Origin: an uncultured Gemmatimonadales bacterium
GTDB lineage: Bacteria; Gemmatimonadota; Gemmatimonadetes; Longimicrobiales; RSA9
DNA: 64,000 bases
NCBI GenBank assembly: GCA_963741945.1
Contig: CAVUKA010000003.1
Span: 192,001-256,000 of the forward strand
Direction: 5' to 3'
In this document: piece by piece, positions 49,954-60,900 of the stretch
Layout: every line of letters begins with the position of its first letter
How positions within the stretch are numbered: position 1 is the first letter of the stretch
The notes under the pieces: generated by a model
The model's input: the letters and a program-made list of their open reading frames with translations, nothing else
What the model was told of the DNA's origin: nothing
Databases searched by the model: none
Made by a program: the position numbers and the translations under genes

Positions 49954-50475
49954 ATGCACAAGCAGACGCGGTCCGCCACTCTGGCGGCGGTCACGGGCCC
50001 CGGAGTCGAGTGCGCGGCCCGAACGCGGCCGCCATCGCGGCGGCGCCCCGCGCCGGCCCCGCTGCGCGTGCTCGCCACCACCGCCATGGCCTGCCTCATG
50101 GTGAGCGGCTGCGGAAGGGGGGCCACCGAGCCCCGCCCCGTGTGCGGACAATCCCCCCCGATCCTCCCAGGGGCCGCGCTGGCGGGCAAGCTCGAGCCCG
50201 GAGACGCGACGCGTGGCAATGCCCTGATCGACTACTATACGCTCCGCCTCACTCATCCCACCGCGCTCCTGGTCCGTATGAGCGCACAGGGTTACACACC
50301 ACTTCTCTTCCTTTTCGATGCCGACGCCCGGCTCATCGGCCAGGCCTACGATCCCGACCGAGGCCCCCTGGCGGAGCTGCACTACCCGGCCGCCGCCGGC
50401 TGCTACATCATTGGGGCGGGCGCGTGGGACCCGGACGGCAGGGGCCCCTACACCCTGGAAGTGATGCTCCAGTAG
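49954..50475 (+). CDS. Putative lipoprotein with PPC (pre-peptidase C-terminal)-like domain
   Basis: VSG-C lipobox-like; DYYTL...LFLFD...GCYII...GPYTLEV pattern; start uncertain. Confidence 0.55.
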   Translation: MHKQTRSATLAAVTGPGVECAARTRPPSRRRPAPAPLRVLATTAMACLMVSGCGRGATEPRPVCGQSPPILPGAALAGKLEPGDATRGNALIDYYTLRLTHPTALLVRMSAQGYTPLLFLFDADARLIGQAYDPDRGPLAELHYPAAAGCYIIGAGAWDPDGRGPYTLEVMLQ

Positions 50476-50481
50476 GAACAC

Positions 50482-52020
50482 CTACACGGCCAGTTCGGCG
50501 ACGAGGGGTCTGTCCAGCGTCCGGTATTGGATCGCTTCCGCGATGTGGCGAGCATCGAGGGCTTCGGTCCCTTCCAGGTCCGCGATCGTTCTGGCAACGC
50601 GGAGGATCCGGTCATGTGCCCGTCCCGACAGGCGCAGCTGTCGCGTGGCCGTCTCCAGCAGGGCCCAGCCCGCATCATCGGGCCGGCAGTGGAGGCGCGT
50701 CCCCCGGGCGTCCAGCTGAGCGGTGCAGAACACGCCCTCCCCGTCGTATCTGCGCTGCTGACGCGCTCGCGCGTCCACCACCCGTGTCAGGATTCGGACA
50801 CTCGCTTCCGACTCGCGTCGTTCCGCGAGTCGTGCCGCCGGGACGGGCCGGACCTCGAGGTGCATGTCGATCCGGTCCAGGAGTGGTCCGGAAATGCGTC
50901 CGCGGTAGCGTCGCACCTGCTCGACCGTGCAGCGGCACCGGTCGCTCCCGTCCCCCATGCGCCCGCACGGGCACGGGTTCATCGTGGCCACCAGCGTGAA
51001 CCGCGCCGGCAGCTCCACGGCGGCCCGGGCACGTCCGATCAGGATCGATCCGTCCTCCAACGGCTGCCTCAGCGCCTCCAGTGCGGAGCGCCGGAACTCC
51101 GGCAGCTCATCGAGGAAGAGCACGCCGTGGTGCGCCAGCGATACCTCTCCGGGCCTGGGAAGACTGCCACCCCCCACCAGGCCCGCGTCGGAGATGCCGT
51201 GATGCGGCGCCCGGAACGGCCGCGTTCGGAGCAGGCCGGACCGGGGCGGGAGCCGCCCCGCGGCCGAATGGATGCGCGTCGCTTCCATTGCCTCTTCGGG
51301 CGTCAGCATCGGGAGAATGGACGCCAGCCGCCGCGCCATCATGGATTTCCCGGATCCTGGCGGTCCGATGAGCACGATGTTGTGGCCGCCGGCCGCGGCG
51401 ATCTCCAGGGCCCGCCGGGCCGCGGCCTGGCCGCGCACGTCGGCGAAATCCGGCCCGACCGCAGCGCCGGCGTTGTCCTCCATCACCGGCACGGCATGCC
51501 TCGGCTGGAGCCCCCCATTCAGCCAGGCCACGACTTCCCCGAGCGACGACGCCGGGTGAGCGGCCACGCCCGCGACCGCCGCCGCTTCCGCCGCGTTCAC
51601 TTCCGGCACCACGAGCCTCGTGATGCCGCCGCTGCGGCAGCGGAGCGCCACGGCGAGCGTCCCGTAGACGGAACGGAGCGCCCCATCCAGTCCCAGTTCA
51701 CCAATGCAGCAGGTGCCCTGCAACGAATGCTGCGGGACGCGGCCGGTAGCGGCGAGGATCGCGAGCGCCATCGGCAGATCGAAGGCGCTTCCATTCTTCG
51801 GGACGTCGGCCGGTGCGAGATTCACCGTTATGCGCGCCGGTGGCAGCTTGAATCCGCTGTTCGCCAGTGCCGACGTGACCCGCTCCCGCGCCTCCCGCAC
51901 CGCTCCCTGGGCGAGCCCCACCACCGTCATGGAGGGAAGCCCCCGCGCCAGGTCCACTTCCACACGGACGAAGCGGGCGTCCACGCCCAGAATGGCACCG
52001 CTGAGGATCGTCGCGAGCAT
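50482..52020 (-). CDS. comM: ComM/YifB Mg-chelatase-like AAA+ ATPase
   Basis: ITVNLAPAD, GPPGSGKS, RPFRAPHH, LFLDELPEF, NPCPCG, GPLLDRID. Confidence 0.92.
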   Translation of the reverse strand: MLATILSGAILGVDARFVRVEVDLARGLPSMTVVGLAQGAVREARERVTSALANSGFKLPPARITVNLAPADVPKNGSAFDLPMALAILAATGRVPQHSLQGTCCIGELGLDGALRSVYGTLAVALRCRSGGITRLVVPEVNAAEAAAVAGVAAHPASSLGEVVAWLNGGLQPRHAVPVMEDNAGAAVGPDFADVRGQAAARRALEIAAAGGHNIVLIGPPGSGKSMMARRLASILPMLTPEEAMEATRIHSAAGRLPPRSGLLRTRPFRAPHHGISDAGLVGGGSLPRPGEVSLAHHGVLFLDELPEFRRSALEALRQPLEDGSILIGRARAAVELPARFTLVATMNPCPCGRMGDGSDRCRCTVEQVRRYRGRISGPLLDRIDMHLEVRPVPAARLAERRESEASVRILTRVVDARARQQRRYDGEGVFCTAQLDARGTRLHCRPDDAGWALLETATRQLRLSGRAHDRILRVARTIADLEGTEALDARHIAEAIQYRTLDRPLVAELAV

Positions 52021-52072
52021 GGCCCCACGATGCCGCCGCATGCGGGGCGTGGGAATGGCGCGACGGGACGCG

Positions 52073-53281
52073 CTACTCGTAACGCAGCGACTCGATCGGA
52101 TCCAGCGCTGCCGCGCGCCGCGCCGGCCACAGCCCGAAGAAGATCCCCACCACGGCCGAGAAGCCGAACGCGAGGACCACCGCCTTCAGTGCTACGGCTG
52201 TCTGCCAGCCGGCCAGGCTCTGGAGCGCGTGAGCCCCGCCCCAGCCGGCGAGGATCCCCAGCACGCCCCCGGCCATGCACAGCACCAGTGATTCGATGAG
52301 GAACTGCAGCAGGATGTGGCGACGCCGGGCGCCGAGCGCCTTCCGGACGCCGATTTCGCGCGTCCGCTCCGTCACCGAGACGAGCATGATGTTCATGATG
52401 CCGATCCCGCCCACCAGCAGCGAGATGGCCGCAATGCCGGCCAGAAGGAACGTGAACGTCTGGGTCGTCTCCTGGAACGTGCTCATGAGCGACGCCATGT
52501 TCCGAACGCTGAAATCTGCCTCCTCGCCGGGGGCGATCCGATGCTCGCGGCGAAGCACGCGGTCGATCTCCGTGATGGCGGCGTCCATCTCCCGCGCGCT
52601 CACCGCCTGCACGTTGATGGAGCGGACGTACTCCGACCCGATGACCCTGAACTGGGCCGTGGACAGCGGAATGTAGAGCCGCTCGTCCGGGTTGTCCCAC
52701 CCTTCCGACCCCTTCTCCTTCAGCACGCCAATGATCTGGAAAGGAATGCCGCGCACCAGGATGTCCTGACCCACCAGCCGCGCGGACGTGGTTCCCAATC
52801 GCTCGCCCACTGCCGAACCGATCACCGCCAGACGACGGCGCCCCCGCTCCTCGCCGGGCGTGAACAGCCGCCCCAGGTCGATGGAGTAGTTCTGGATCCC
52901 GAAGTAGGCCGGCCAGACGCCCACCACGCTCAGGTTCGCATTGCTCCGACCGAATTCGATCTGCTGGCGACGCTCCAGCTCCGGCGACACGGCCTTCACC
53001 GCCGTCGCGTTCGCTACGATCGCTTCCGCATCCTTCGCCGTCATGCGGGCCGAGCCCCGGTCCACGCCGCCCCACATGTGCTGACCGGGCCGCACCGTCA
53101 GCACGTTCGTCCCCAGCCCCTCCAGCCTGGACGCGACCTGGCGCTGCGCCCCTTCCCCGAGCGCCACCATCGTGATCACGGCCGCGATCCCGATGATGAT
53201 CCCCAGCATGGTCAGGAACGACCGCAGCTTGTTCACCCGGATCGACTCGAGCGCGACCTTCAGGATCTCCGCGATCAGCAT
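52073..53281 (-). CDS. MacB/FtsX-like ABC permease (no fused ATPase)
   Basis: RSFLTMLGIIIG, VGGIGIMNIMLVSVTERTREIGVRKALGA, DPIESLRYE. Confidence 0.93.
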   Translation of the reverse strand: MLIAEILKVALESIRVNKLRSFLTMLGIIIGIAAVITMVALGEGAQRQVASRLEGLGTNVLTVRPGQHMWGGVDRGSARMTAKDAEAIVANATAVKAVSPELERRQQIEFGRSNANLSVVGVWPAYFGIQNYSIDLGRLFTPGEERGRRRLAVIGSAVGERLGTTSARLVGQDILVRGIPFQIIGVLKEKGSEGWDNPDERLYIPLSTAQFRVIGSEYVRSINVQAVSAREMDAAITEIDRVLRREHRIAPGEEADFSVRNMASLMSTFQETTQTFTFLLAGIAAISLLVGGIGIMNIMLVSVTERTREIGVRKALGARRRHILLQFLIESLVLCMAGGVLGILAGWGGAHALQSLAGWQTAVALKAVVLAFGFSAVVGIFFGLWPARRAAALDPIESLRYE

Positions 53282-53291
53282 GATTCCCCCT

Positions 53292-54803
53292 CTACCGCCG
53301 CCCACCACCACCCGGAATCGGACTGCTCCGCTCCCGGATCCGGTTCATCATGTTCTCCTGCTGCTGCCGCAGCCGCGCCACGGAGATCAGCACCACCTCG
53401 TCGCCTTCCTTGACGCCCGAGACCACTTCGGACTTGTCCCAGTCGTTCAGCCCGAGCATCACCACGTGCGCCTGCGCCCCGTTCGGCGTCCGCACGAACA
53501 GCACGCCCGGGCGAGTGTCGCCGTTCCCGCGGCTCTGCGCGCCGGATCCGCCGGGGCCACCACGCATCCCGCCCATGGCCTGGAAGCACTGCCGCGCCTG
53601 CGCGCGCTCCGCCTCCGTGAGCGAAGAGCGGTCCGTGCGTGCTTTCGCCATGATCGCCGTGCAGTCCGGCTGCCCGCCACCCGTGGCGCCACCCTGCGCC
53701 GCGCCGCCCGGCTGCCCGGCTTCAGTCGACTGATCCGGGCCGGCCGTCCCGGCGGCCGCCACTTCCCCCTCGGCACGCCCGGGCGCGCTGCCTCCGGCGG
53801 ACGCGGATGAGGGCCGCTGCGACAGCATCTCTCGCATGTCGCCCTCGCTGATTCCCAGAACCTGCCCGGCCGCCATGGCGTCCTGCATGCTCACGACCGC
53901 AGAGTTGGGGACCAGGAGCACGCTGTCCCGCTGGGCCACCTCGATCTGCACTTCCGCGTTCATGTTCGGCTTCAGCAGACCCTCCCGGTTGTCCAGTCGG
54001 ATGAGCACCGGGAACATGGTCACGTTCTGGTCCACCACGGCCTGCGGCTCGATCTTCAGGACCGAGCCAAGGAACGCGCGGTTGGGGTACGCTTCCACCT
54101 GTACCCGGGCCACCTGCCCCGCCTTTACCTTTCCGATGTCGGTCTCGTCGACCAGCGTCCGCACGTTCATGGTGGACAGGTCCGCCATGAGCATGAGCGT
54201 GGTCCCGCCCGACACGTTGCCGCTGGCCGAAGCGATGATCTGCCCCGCCTCGACGTCCTTCTGGATGACCGTGCCTGCGATCGGCGCACGGATGGTCACG
54301 TCCCCCATCCGCTCCCGGGCCAGCTGGAGGTTCGTCTGCGCCTTGACCAGTTGGGCGCGCGCGTTGGCGGCCTCGAGCACAGTGGTCTCGAGCTCCTGCT
54401 GCGTCAGCACGTTGGCTTCCCGCAGCTCCCGCGAGCGCGCGGTCTGGGACTGCGCGATCTGTTGGCGCGCTTGCGCCACCTCGAGGTCCGCCTGCGCCTG
54501 GTCCAGGGCGTTGCGGACGTCACGCGGATCGATTTCCGCCAGGAGCGCACCCTTTTCCACGCGGTCACCGGTGTCCACGTGTAGACGGGTGATGTCGCCC
54601 GATGCCTTCGATTTCACCTCGACCACCAGGATCGGCTCCACCTGCCCGGACGCTTCCACGCGGATGTCCAGGTCCCCACGCTCCACGCGGGCGACTTCGT
54701 CCGGGTCCCCGCTCCGCGTCTCGGCCGCGTCGCCCGCGGCGCAGGCGGCCATCGCCGCTGCGAGGAGTGCCACACCCAGTCCTCTCTCGATCCAGCGTTG
54801 CAT
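53292..54803 (-). CDS. MacA-like periplasmic adaptor (membrane fusion) lipoprotein
   Basis: MAA-C lipobox, VKSKASG lipoyl motif, IRAPIAG, VDETDIG; AGGAGG RBS. Confidence 0.9.
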   Translation of the reverse strand: MQRWIERGLGVALLAAAMAACAAGDAAETRSGDPDEVARVERGDLDIRVEASGQVEPILVVEVKSKASGDITRLHVDTGDRVEKGALLAEIDPRDVRNALDQAQADLEVAQARQQIAQSQTARSRELREANVLTQQELETTVLEAANARAQLVKAQTNLQLARERMGDVTIRAPIAGTVIQKDVEAGQIIASASGNVSGGTTLMLMADLSTMNVRTLVDETDIGKVKAGQVARVQVEAYPNRAFLGSVLKIEPQAVVDQNVTMFPVLIRLDNREGLLKPNMNAEVQIEVAQRDSVLLVPNSAVVSMQDAMAAGQVLGISEGDMREMLSQRPSSASAGGSAPGRAEGEVAAAGTAGPDQSTEAGQPGGAAQGGATGGGQPDCTAIMAKARTDRSSLTEAERAQARQCFQAMGGMRGGPGGSGAQSRGNGDTRPGVLFVRTPNGAQAHVVMLGLNDWDKSEVVSGVKEGDEVVLISVARLRQQQENMMNRIRERSSPIPGGGGRR

Positions 54804-54816
54804 CAGCGGCATCCTC

Positions 54817-56157
54817 CTAAAGCGTCCGCCCCACCAGCGACTCCAGCTCAGCCTTCGCGAGCAGGTAGTCGTAGCGGGCATTGATGAGATCGTTCTCCGC
54901 CTGCGACAGCGCGATCTGAGACGAGACCAGGTCCAGGATCGTCCCGGCCCCGAGATCGTAGCGCTCCTTCTGAACCCGATAGTCTTCCCGCGCCACGGAC
55001 ACGGACTCCTGCAGGAGCGCGAGCTGCTGCTCGGCCAGCTGAACGGACGCGAGCAGGCGCTCCACTTCCGTTACCGCGGCGCGCGACGCGTCCTCCGCCT
55101 GCGCCCTCGCGAGCGTTACCTGCGCGTTCGCCCGGTCGATCGCCACCTCTCGGGAAAGCCCGTTGAACACGGGATAGGAGAGCCGCAGGCTGGTGCTCCA
55201 GCTCGTGCGTCCCCCCAGCAGCGCAGCTTCCGAGTTCGCCCAGGTATACCCCCCGCTCAACCCAACGGTCGGGAGCCACTGCGCCTGCGCCTGCGACAAT
55301 CCCGCCTCCGCTACGTTCAGGTTCGCCCGCGCCGAAAGCACCGAGGGCGCCTCCCCGAGCACCAGCTCCCGCATCTGCACCCCGTTCAGCGCCAGCGGCT
55401 GCGGTTCCAGTGTGGGCGGCCGCTCGGCGGCCACGGCCCCGGTGACCCCCACCGTCCGCCCGAGCACGTACATGGCCGTGCGCCGCTGGGTCTCCGCCTG
55501 CAGCAGCGCCTGCTGCGCGTTGCGGACCTGCAGCTGCGCCCGCAGCACGTCCGAGCGCGTGGCACGGCCGGCCTGAAGCCGGTGCTGGGCCGCCGAGAGC
55601 TGTGTGTTCGCCTGCTCGATCTGCTTGGTGGTCAGCTCGATCAGGTCCTCGGCCCGCAGCACTGCGAAGAACGCCGTCGTAGCCGATAGCGCCACCTCGA
55701 AGCGGCTCGCCCTCAGATTCGCTTCGGCCGCCGTCTCCGATGCCCGCGAGCTCCGCACCTGCGCCAGATTTCGCCCACCCGCGAACAGATCCATGCTCGA
55801 CGACAGACCGGCGCTGTAGCTGCTGCTCTGCCCGCTCACGCGCAGGTTCGTCTGCGGGTCGTAGCGCTCCGAGCTGGACGCCAATGCCCCCGAGGACAGG
55901 GAGAGCGTCGGCAGCATCGATGCGTAGGACTGGAGCATGGCAGACTGCGCCGTGCTCAGCGACGTCGCCGCCTGCACCACTTGCGGATTCACGTCCAGCG
56001 CCCGGGCCGCCGCTTCCTCCAGCGTCACCGTGTCCACCACCGTGAGCGGCGCCAGCGCCGGCATCCCGGGAACCGTGTCCTGCGTGGCCGCAGGCGCAGC
56101 CCCGAGGGCAGTCGCCAGCGCGTATCCCAGTACCACTCCAAGACCGCTGCGTTTCAT
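54817..56157 (-). CDS. TolC family outer membrane efflux protein
   Basis: Signal peptide, TLEEAA..A...NP, two OEP repeats, RYDLGAGTILD. Confidence 0.9.
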   Translation of the reverse strand: MKRSGLGVVLGYALATALGAAPAATQDTVPGMPALAPLTVVDTVTLEEAAARALDVNPQVVQAATSLSTAQSAMLQSYASMLPTLSLSSGALASSSERYDPQTNLRVSGQSSSYSAGLSSSMDLFAGGRNLAQVRSSRASETAAEANLRASRFEVALSATTAFFAVLRAEDLIELTTKQIEQANTQLSAAQHRLQAGRATRSDVLRAQLQVRNAQQALLQAETQRRTAMYVLGRTVGVTGAVAAERPPTLEPQPLALNGVQMRELVLGEAPSVLSARANLNVAEAGLSQAQAQWLPTVGLSGGYTWANSEAALLGGRTSWSTSLRLSYPVFNGLSREVAIDRANAQVTLARAQAEDASRAAVTEVERLLASVQLAEQQLALLQESVSVAREDYRVQKERYDLGAGTILDLVSSQIALSQAENDLINARYDYLLAKAELESLVGRTL

Positions 56158-56429
56158 CTTCCGCCTGTCGCCGGATGCTCACCGCGGGCCGCTGCCCCGT
56201 CCTCGGCCATAGAGACGCACGCCAGCGACGTTTCGTTGGGGAGGCCCCCCCGGGGCAACCCCGGAGCGCGTTGCCCGCATCCTAGGATGGTATGGCGTGC
56301 TGCCGGAGTGGCGGCGCCGGAACGCATCGGGATGGAGAAGCAAACTAATGGTTCAGCCCATGGCATATGCCGTGCGGCCGCGAGCATGACGACGTTCTGA
56401 TGGCTTACGACGGAAGGCGGAGGCGGGAA

Positions 56430-57917
56430 ATGGTAGTGAGAACAAGGTTGGCCGGGCGAGCGCTCATGGCGTCGCTCGTTCTGGTCGTCGGGTGCAGTCA
56501 CGGCGATACAGCTGCGGCGCAGGTAGAGGATCAGGCCCCTGTGGAACGGACGCTGGGCAAGGTTCCCGCTACGGTTGACACGTCCACGGCTGCCTCGCTC
56601 TCGGAGACGTTCCGCGCGGCCGCGGCCCGCGCTCTCCCGGGCGTGGTGACGGTGCAGGTGACGGAGCGGCCGCAGCAGGCGGCCAACAGTCCGTTCCCGT
56701 TCCCCTTCCCCTTCGGCCAGCAGGCGCCGCAGGGCCAGGCGCCGGAGCAGCACGGGACCGGTTCGGGATTCGTCTTCAGCAAGGACGGCTACATCATCAC
56801 GAACAACCACGTGGTGGAGAATGCCACCAACGTGCAGGTCCGGTTCGTCGATGGGCGCGTGTACGATGATGTGGACGTGGTCGGGCGGGATCCGAACACG
56901 GACATCGCCGTGCTCAAGCTGAAGGACGGAGACAATTTCCAGCCGCTCGAGATCGGAAGCTCCGACAACGCCCAGGTCGGCGACTGGGTCCTGGCTCTCG
57001 GGAACCCGCTGGATCTCGGGTTCACCGTGACCGCCGGGATCGTCAGCGCCAAGGGTCGGCGTCTCGGGATCATCCGGAGCGAGATGCCGCTGGAGTCGTT
57101 CATCCAGACGGACGCAGCCATCAACCCCGGGAACTCCGGCGGACCGCTGGTGGACCTGTACGGCCGCGTGATCGGCGTGAACAGCGCCATCTATTCCCGC
57201 ACCGGTACCTACGCGGGGAACGGCTTCGCCATTCCGAGCGCGATCGCCGTGAAAGCCGCTCAGGACATCATCCAGTACGGGCATGTCCGGCGCCCGCGGC
57301 TGGGCGTGGTGATCAGCCCGGTGGGCGAGGCGCAGGCCCAGCTCTACCACCTCCCGGACATCTCGGGCGCGGTTGTGAATGAAGTCGAGCCCGGCAGCCC
57401 GGCGGACAAGGCGGGAATCAAGCCGGAGGACGTGATCGTGTCGCTCAACGGCGAGGCTGTTTCGAACGCGGACGAGCTGACCACGCGGCTGGCTCGCCTG
57501 AATCCCGGCCAGACTGTCACGCTCGGACTGATCCGCGACGGCCAGCGCAGGGAGATTCGGGTCGAGCTCGGCCAGTTCGAGATGAAGGAGCCGGAAGCGA
57601 CCCAGACCAGCCAGTCCCAGTCCGCACAGGACAAGCTCGGCATCCAGCTCAGCAACCTCACGCCCCAGATCCGTGATCAGCTCGACCTGCAGAGCGGGAT
57701 CGAGGGCGTGGTGGTCACGGCCGTGGAGCCCTTCAGCCCCGCGGCGACCGTGCTGCAGCCCGGGGACGTGATCCTCCAGTTCGATCGAAAGGACGTCAGC
57801 ACCGTTCGCGACATACAACGGCTGGCGGAGGACGTGAAGGCCGGCAGCATCGTCGTGCTGAAGATCCGCAGTCGCGCCACGGGCAATATCGGGGTCCGGA
57901 GCTTCCGCCTGAGATAG
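56430..57917 (+). CDS. degP: DegP/HtrA serine protease with two PDZ domains (lipoprotein)
   Basis: GSGF, TNNHVV, DIAV, IQTDAAINPGNSGGPL; LVVG-C lipobox. Confidence 0.93.
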   Translation: MVVRTRLAGRALMASLVLVVGCSHGDTAAAQVEDQAPVERTLGKVPATVDTSTAASLSETFRAAAARALPGVVTVQVTERPQQAANSPFPFPFPFGQQAPQGQAPEQHGTGSGFVFSKDGYIITNNHVVENATNVQVRFVDGRVYDDVDVVGRDPNTDIAVLKLKDGDNFQPLEIGSSDNAQVGDWVLALGNPLDLGFTVTAGIVSAKGRRLGIIRSEMPLESFIQTDAAINPGNSGGPLVDLYGRVIGVNSAIYSRTGTYAGNGFAIPSAIAVKAAQDIIQYGHVRRPRLGVVISPVGEAQAQLYHLPDISGAVVNEVEPGSPADKAGIKPEDVIVSLNGEAVSNADELTTRLARLNPGQTVTLGLIRDGQRREIRVELGQFEMKEPEATQTSQSQSAQDKLGIQLSNLTPQIRDQLDLQSGIEGVVVTAVEPFSPAATVLQPGDVILQFDRKDVSTVRDIQRLAEDVKAGSIVVLKIRSRATGNIGVRSFRLR

Positions 57918-57942
57918 CGACGCGACCGCGCCCGTCCGGCGG

Positions 57943-60900
57943 CTACGCCGGCTCCACTCCGACGCCGCCCTCCGCACCGGGGGGCGGCGTCGCAGGTTTC
58001 GGAATGGTCAGCCAGACGGTCGTTCCCTCTCCAGGCTCACTGTCTGCCCCGACGGCTCCACCCCATCCTTCCACGAGCCGCCGCACGATGGCGAGCCCCA
58101 GCCCCGTTCCCGACGATCGCGTCGAGAAATGTGGCTCGAAGATCCGCGGCAGCTGCTCTTCCGGGATGCCCCGCCCGTTGTCGCTCACTTCGAGGCGGAC
58201 CCGATCGGTCTCGTCGCGAACGAGCACCTCCACGGTCCCGCCGTCGGGGACCGCCGCGCGGGCGTTCTCCAGCAGGTTGACGATCACTTCCCTCAGCTCC
58301 GGCGCCCGGGCCACGGCCATGGCGCTCCCCGCACCGGCGGAGAGACGGTAGACTACGGCCCGGTCGGGAGCCCGGTAGAGCGTCAGGATGTCACGCGCGA
58401 TCGCCACCACGTCCACGGGCTCGGTCGACCCCGTCGTCTCCTGGGGCGCGCCATAGCGCGAGAACGCCTTCGCGATCTCGCTGAGGCGCTCGATCTCCGC
58501 CAGGATGTGCTCCACGCTGGTTTCGAGGATCGACTCGAAGTCCTGGCGCCCGTCCCGGTACGCTCGCCGGACGTGCTGTACGGACAGCTTGATCGGCGTC
58601 AGCGGATTCTTGATCTCGTGCGCCACCTGCCTCGCCATCTCGCCCCATGCCAGGATGCGGGCTGTCCGGACCTCCTGCGCCCGCGCGCGGCGGAGCCGCC
58701 GGGTCATCACGTTGAACGAGGCGAACAGCTCGCCGAACTCGTCGCGCCTCTGCTCGGGCAGGCGCACGCCCAGGCGCCCGCGACCGACCGCCGACGCCGC
58801 TCTCCGGAGCTCGCCGATGGGACGGGCCAGTGCCCGCCCGACCAATACGGAAAGCGCCAGGGAGAGGACCGCACCCACCAGGACGCCGAACAGGACCAGG
58901 TGTCCAAACTCCCGCTGGCGCACGGCAACGTCCCGGGCCGCGAGCCAGACGGGCACGGCTACATCCGCCATTGCATCGGGCAGACGGCGGTAGGCCACCA
59001 GGTACGGCCGCCCCGCCAGCGTGCCCCGCTCGGTACCGCCACGCGCCTCCCCGCTGGCAATGGCGGCGAAGAGGTCGGGCGGCATCCAGGCGTCATACAG
59101 CCCGAGCTCCACGGCGGCCGGCATGGACGCCTCCGTCAGAGCTCCACGCTCGTAATAGAGAAGATCTTCGCCCGTCCGGGTCGCGGTCTCCTCCAGTCCC
59201 GTCTGCGGGAGCAGCCCCGCGGCGTGCACCACTGCGCGCTCCGCCACCTCCCGTGCCGCGCGGGTGACCTCCTCCGCCAGCGCGCGATACGCCGCCCAGC
59301 CGAACACGGCCGTGGGCAGCAGAAAGAACGCGAACAGTGACACGATCAGTCTCGCCCGAAAGCCCCCGAGCCAGCCCGTCCACCCGCCGGGCGGCGCGGG
59401 CGGGTCGCCGCCGGCCAGCCGACCGCCGAACCAGAGTCCGGTCAGCAGGACCAGGTCCAGCGTCACCAGAAGCATGGCCCGGGCGAATCGAATCCCGCGC
59501 GGCGCCATGCGCAGCTCCAGATGGGCGTGGTACGTATCCGGGCCTTCCTGCACCAGCGCTTCCTTTCGCCACGCGTCCCCGACGCGGTGCCACCCGGTGA
59601 CCTTTGGAGGTACGACCCCGGACTGCACGGGGAGCAGTTCCAGCGTGACGGGGCTGCGCGCTTCACCCTCGATGAACGTGGCGAGCGCCGATGTGGGCTG
59701 CAGGTTCGCCCGGGGCGCCACGGCCACCGACACCGCCCGCTCGTCGGACAGTGGCACGGCAAGGATCCGGCTCACACCCCCGCCATCGGCCGGCACGTTC
59801 TCCATGACGCCGTAGGCCATGGCGGCGGCCACGACCCGCTCCACTTCCCGCATGCCGGGGTCACCCGGTCCCAGACGCACTCCCAGTGGGAGCGACGCCA
59901 CCCGATTCCCCGATCCATCCCAGAGCGAGATCTCCAGGGGGTACGGCTCGCTCGCCAGTCCGCTGCCCACCCAGGATTCGTAGAGCAGGTCCAGTCCCTG
60001 GCCGCCCTGGGCCTGCGCTTGCTGGAGCTCCGCCGCGAACCGGACCAGCAGGTAGGTCAGGAACGGGTCGGCCCGGGTCCCGAACGATTCGAGCTCCGCC
60101 TCGGCCTGCCGGATGTTGGCCTCTTCCGATGCGACCCACAGGTGAGGGATCACCGCCGTGGCAGCGAGCCACCCCGCCACCAGCCAGCGCAGCAGCAGCT
60201 CCCCCCTCCCCGTGTAGCCGGCCAGTCCGCGCGCGGACAGCAGGAAAGGGATGCTCCAGGCCAGGAGCAGCGGCGTGGGCGCGGGCCTTCCCGGTCGCCA
60301 GGCCACGGCCACGGCCACGGAGAGCCCCACGGCCGCCGCGGCCCCCGCCGCCAGGTATAGCGCCACCGGCCGTCGCTCACCGGAGCGGATCGCGCGCGGG
60401 ATCAGGATGGCCGCGAGCACCGTCAGCAGCACCACGGTCGTGGTCTGGAGCACGTACCAGAGCGGCCCGACCGACGTCAGCATGGGCAATCCCGCACTGG
60501 CCGTCATGACGCCCGTTCCCACGGCGAAGCCGCCACCCGCCAGCGCCGCGCCCACGGACAGCCGCAGCCAGAGATCCCCCCTGCGCGTTCCCGGCGGCCG
60601 CACGGTGGCCATCAGCGCAGCCAGCGGCAGGAGAACGACGATGACCCCCTCGATCACGAAGTCCCCCGGCACCGGCAGCACGAAGAACCCGGGAGAGAAC
60701 AACCGATCGAGCCCGAATGTTCGTCGGAGTGGCGCCGCCATGAGGGTCGCGCTCAGACCGAGAAGCGGGACCGATGCCGCCAGGCCGCCCCGGTGCTCCA
60801 GAGATCGCAACCAGATCGCCGACAGGAGACCGAGCGCCACCAGCACGAGGACGAACACCATCTCACGACCCGTTCGCGTCACACGGGACCGCCACTCTCC

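Noticed and set aside
50482..52020. comM as an integration hotspot
   Set aside because: The gene is intact, with no integrase or flanking direct repeats
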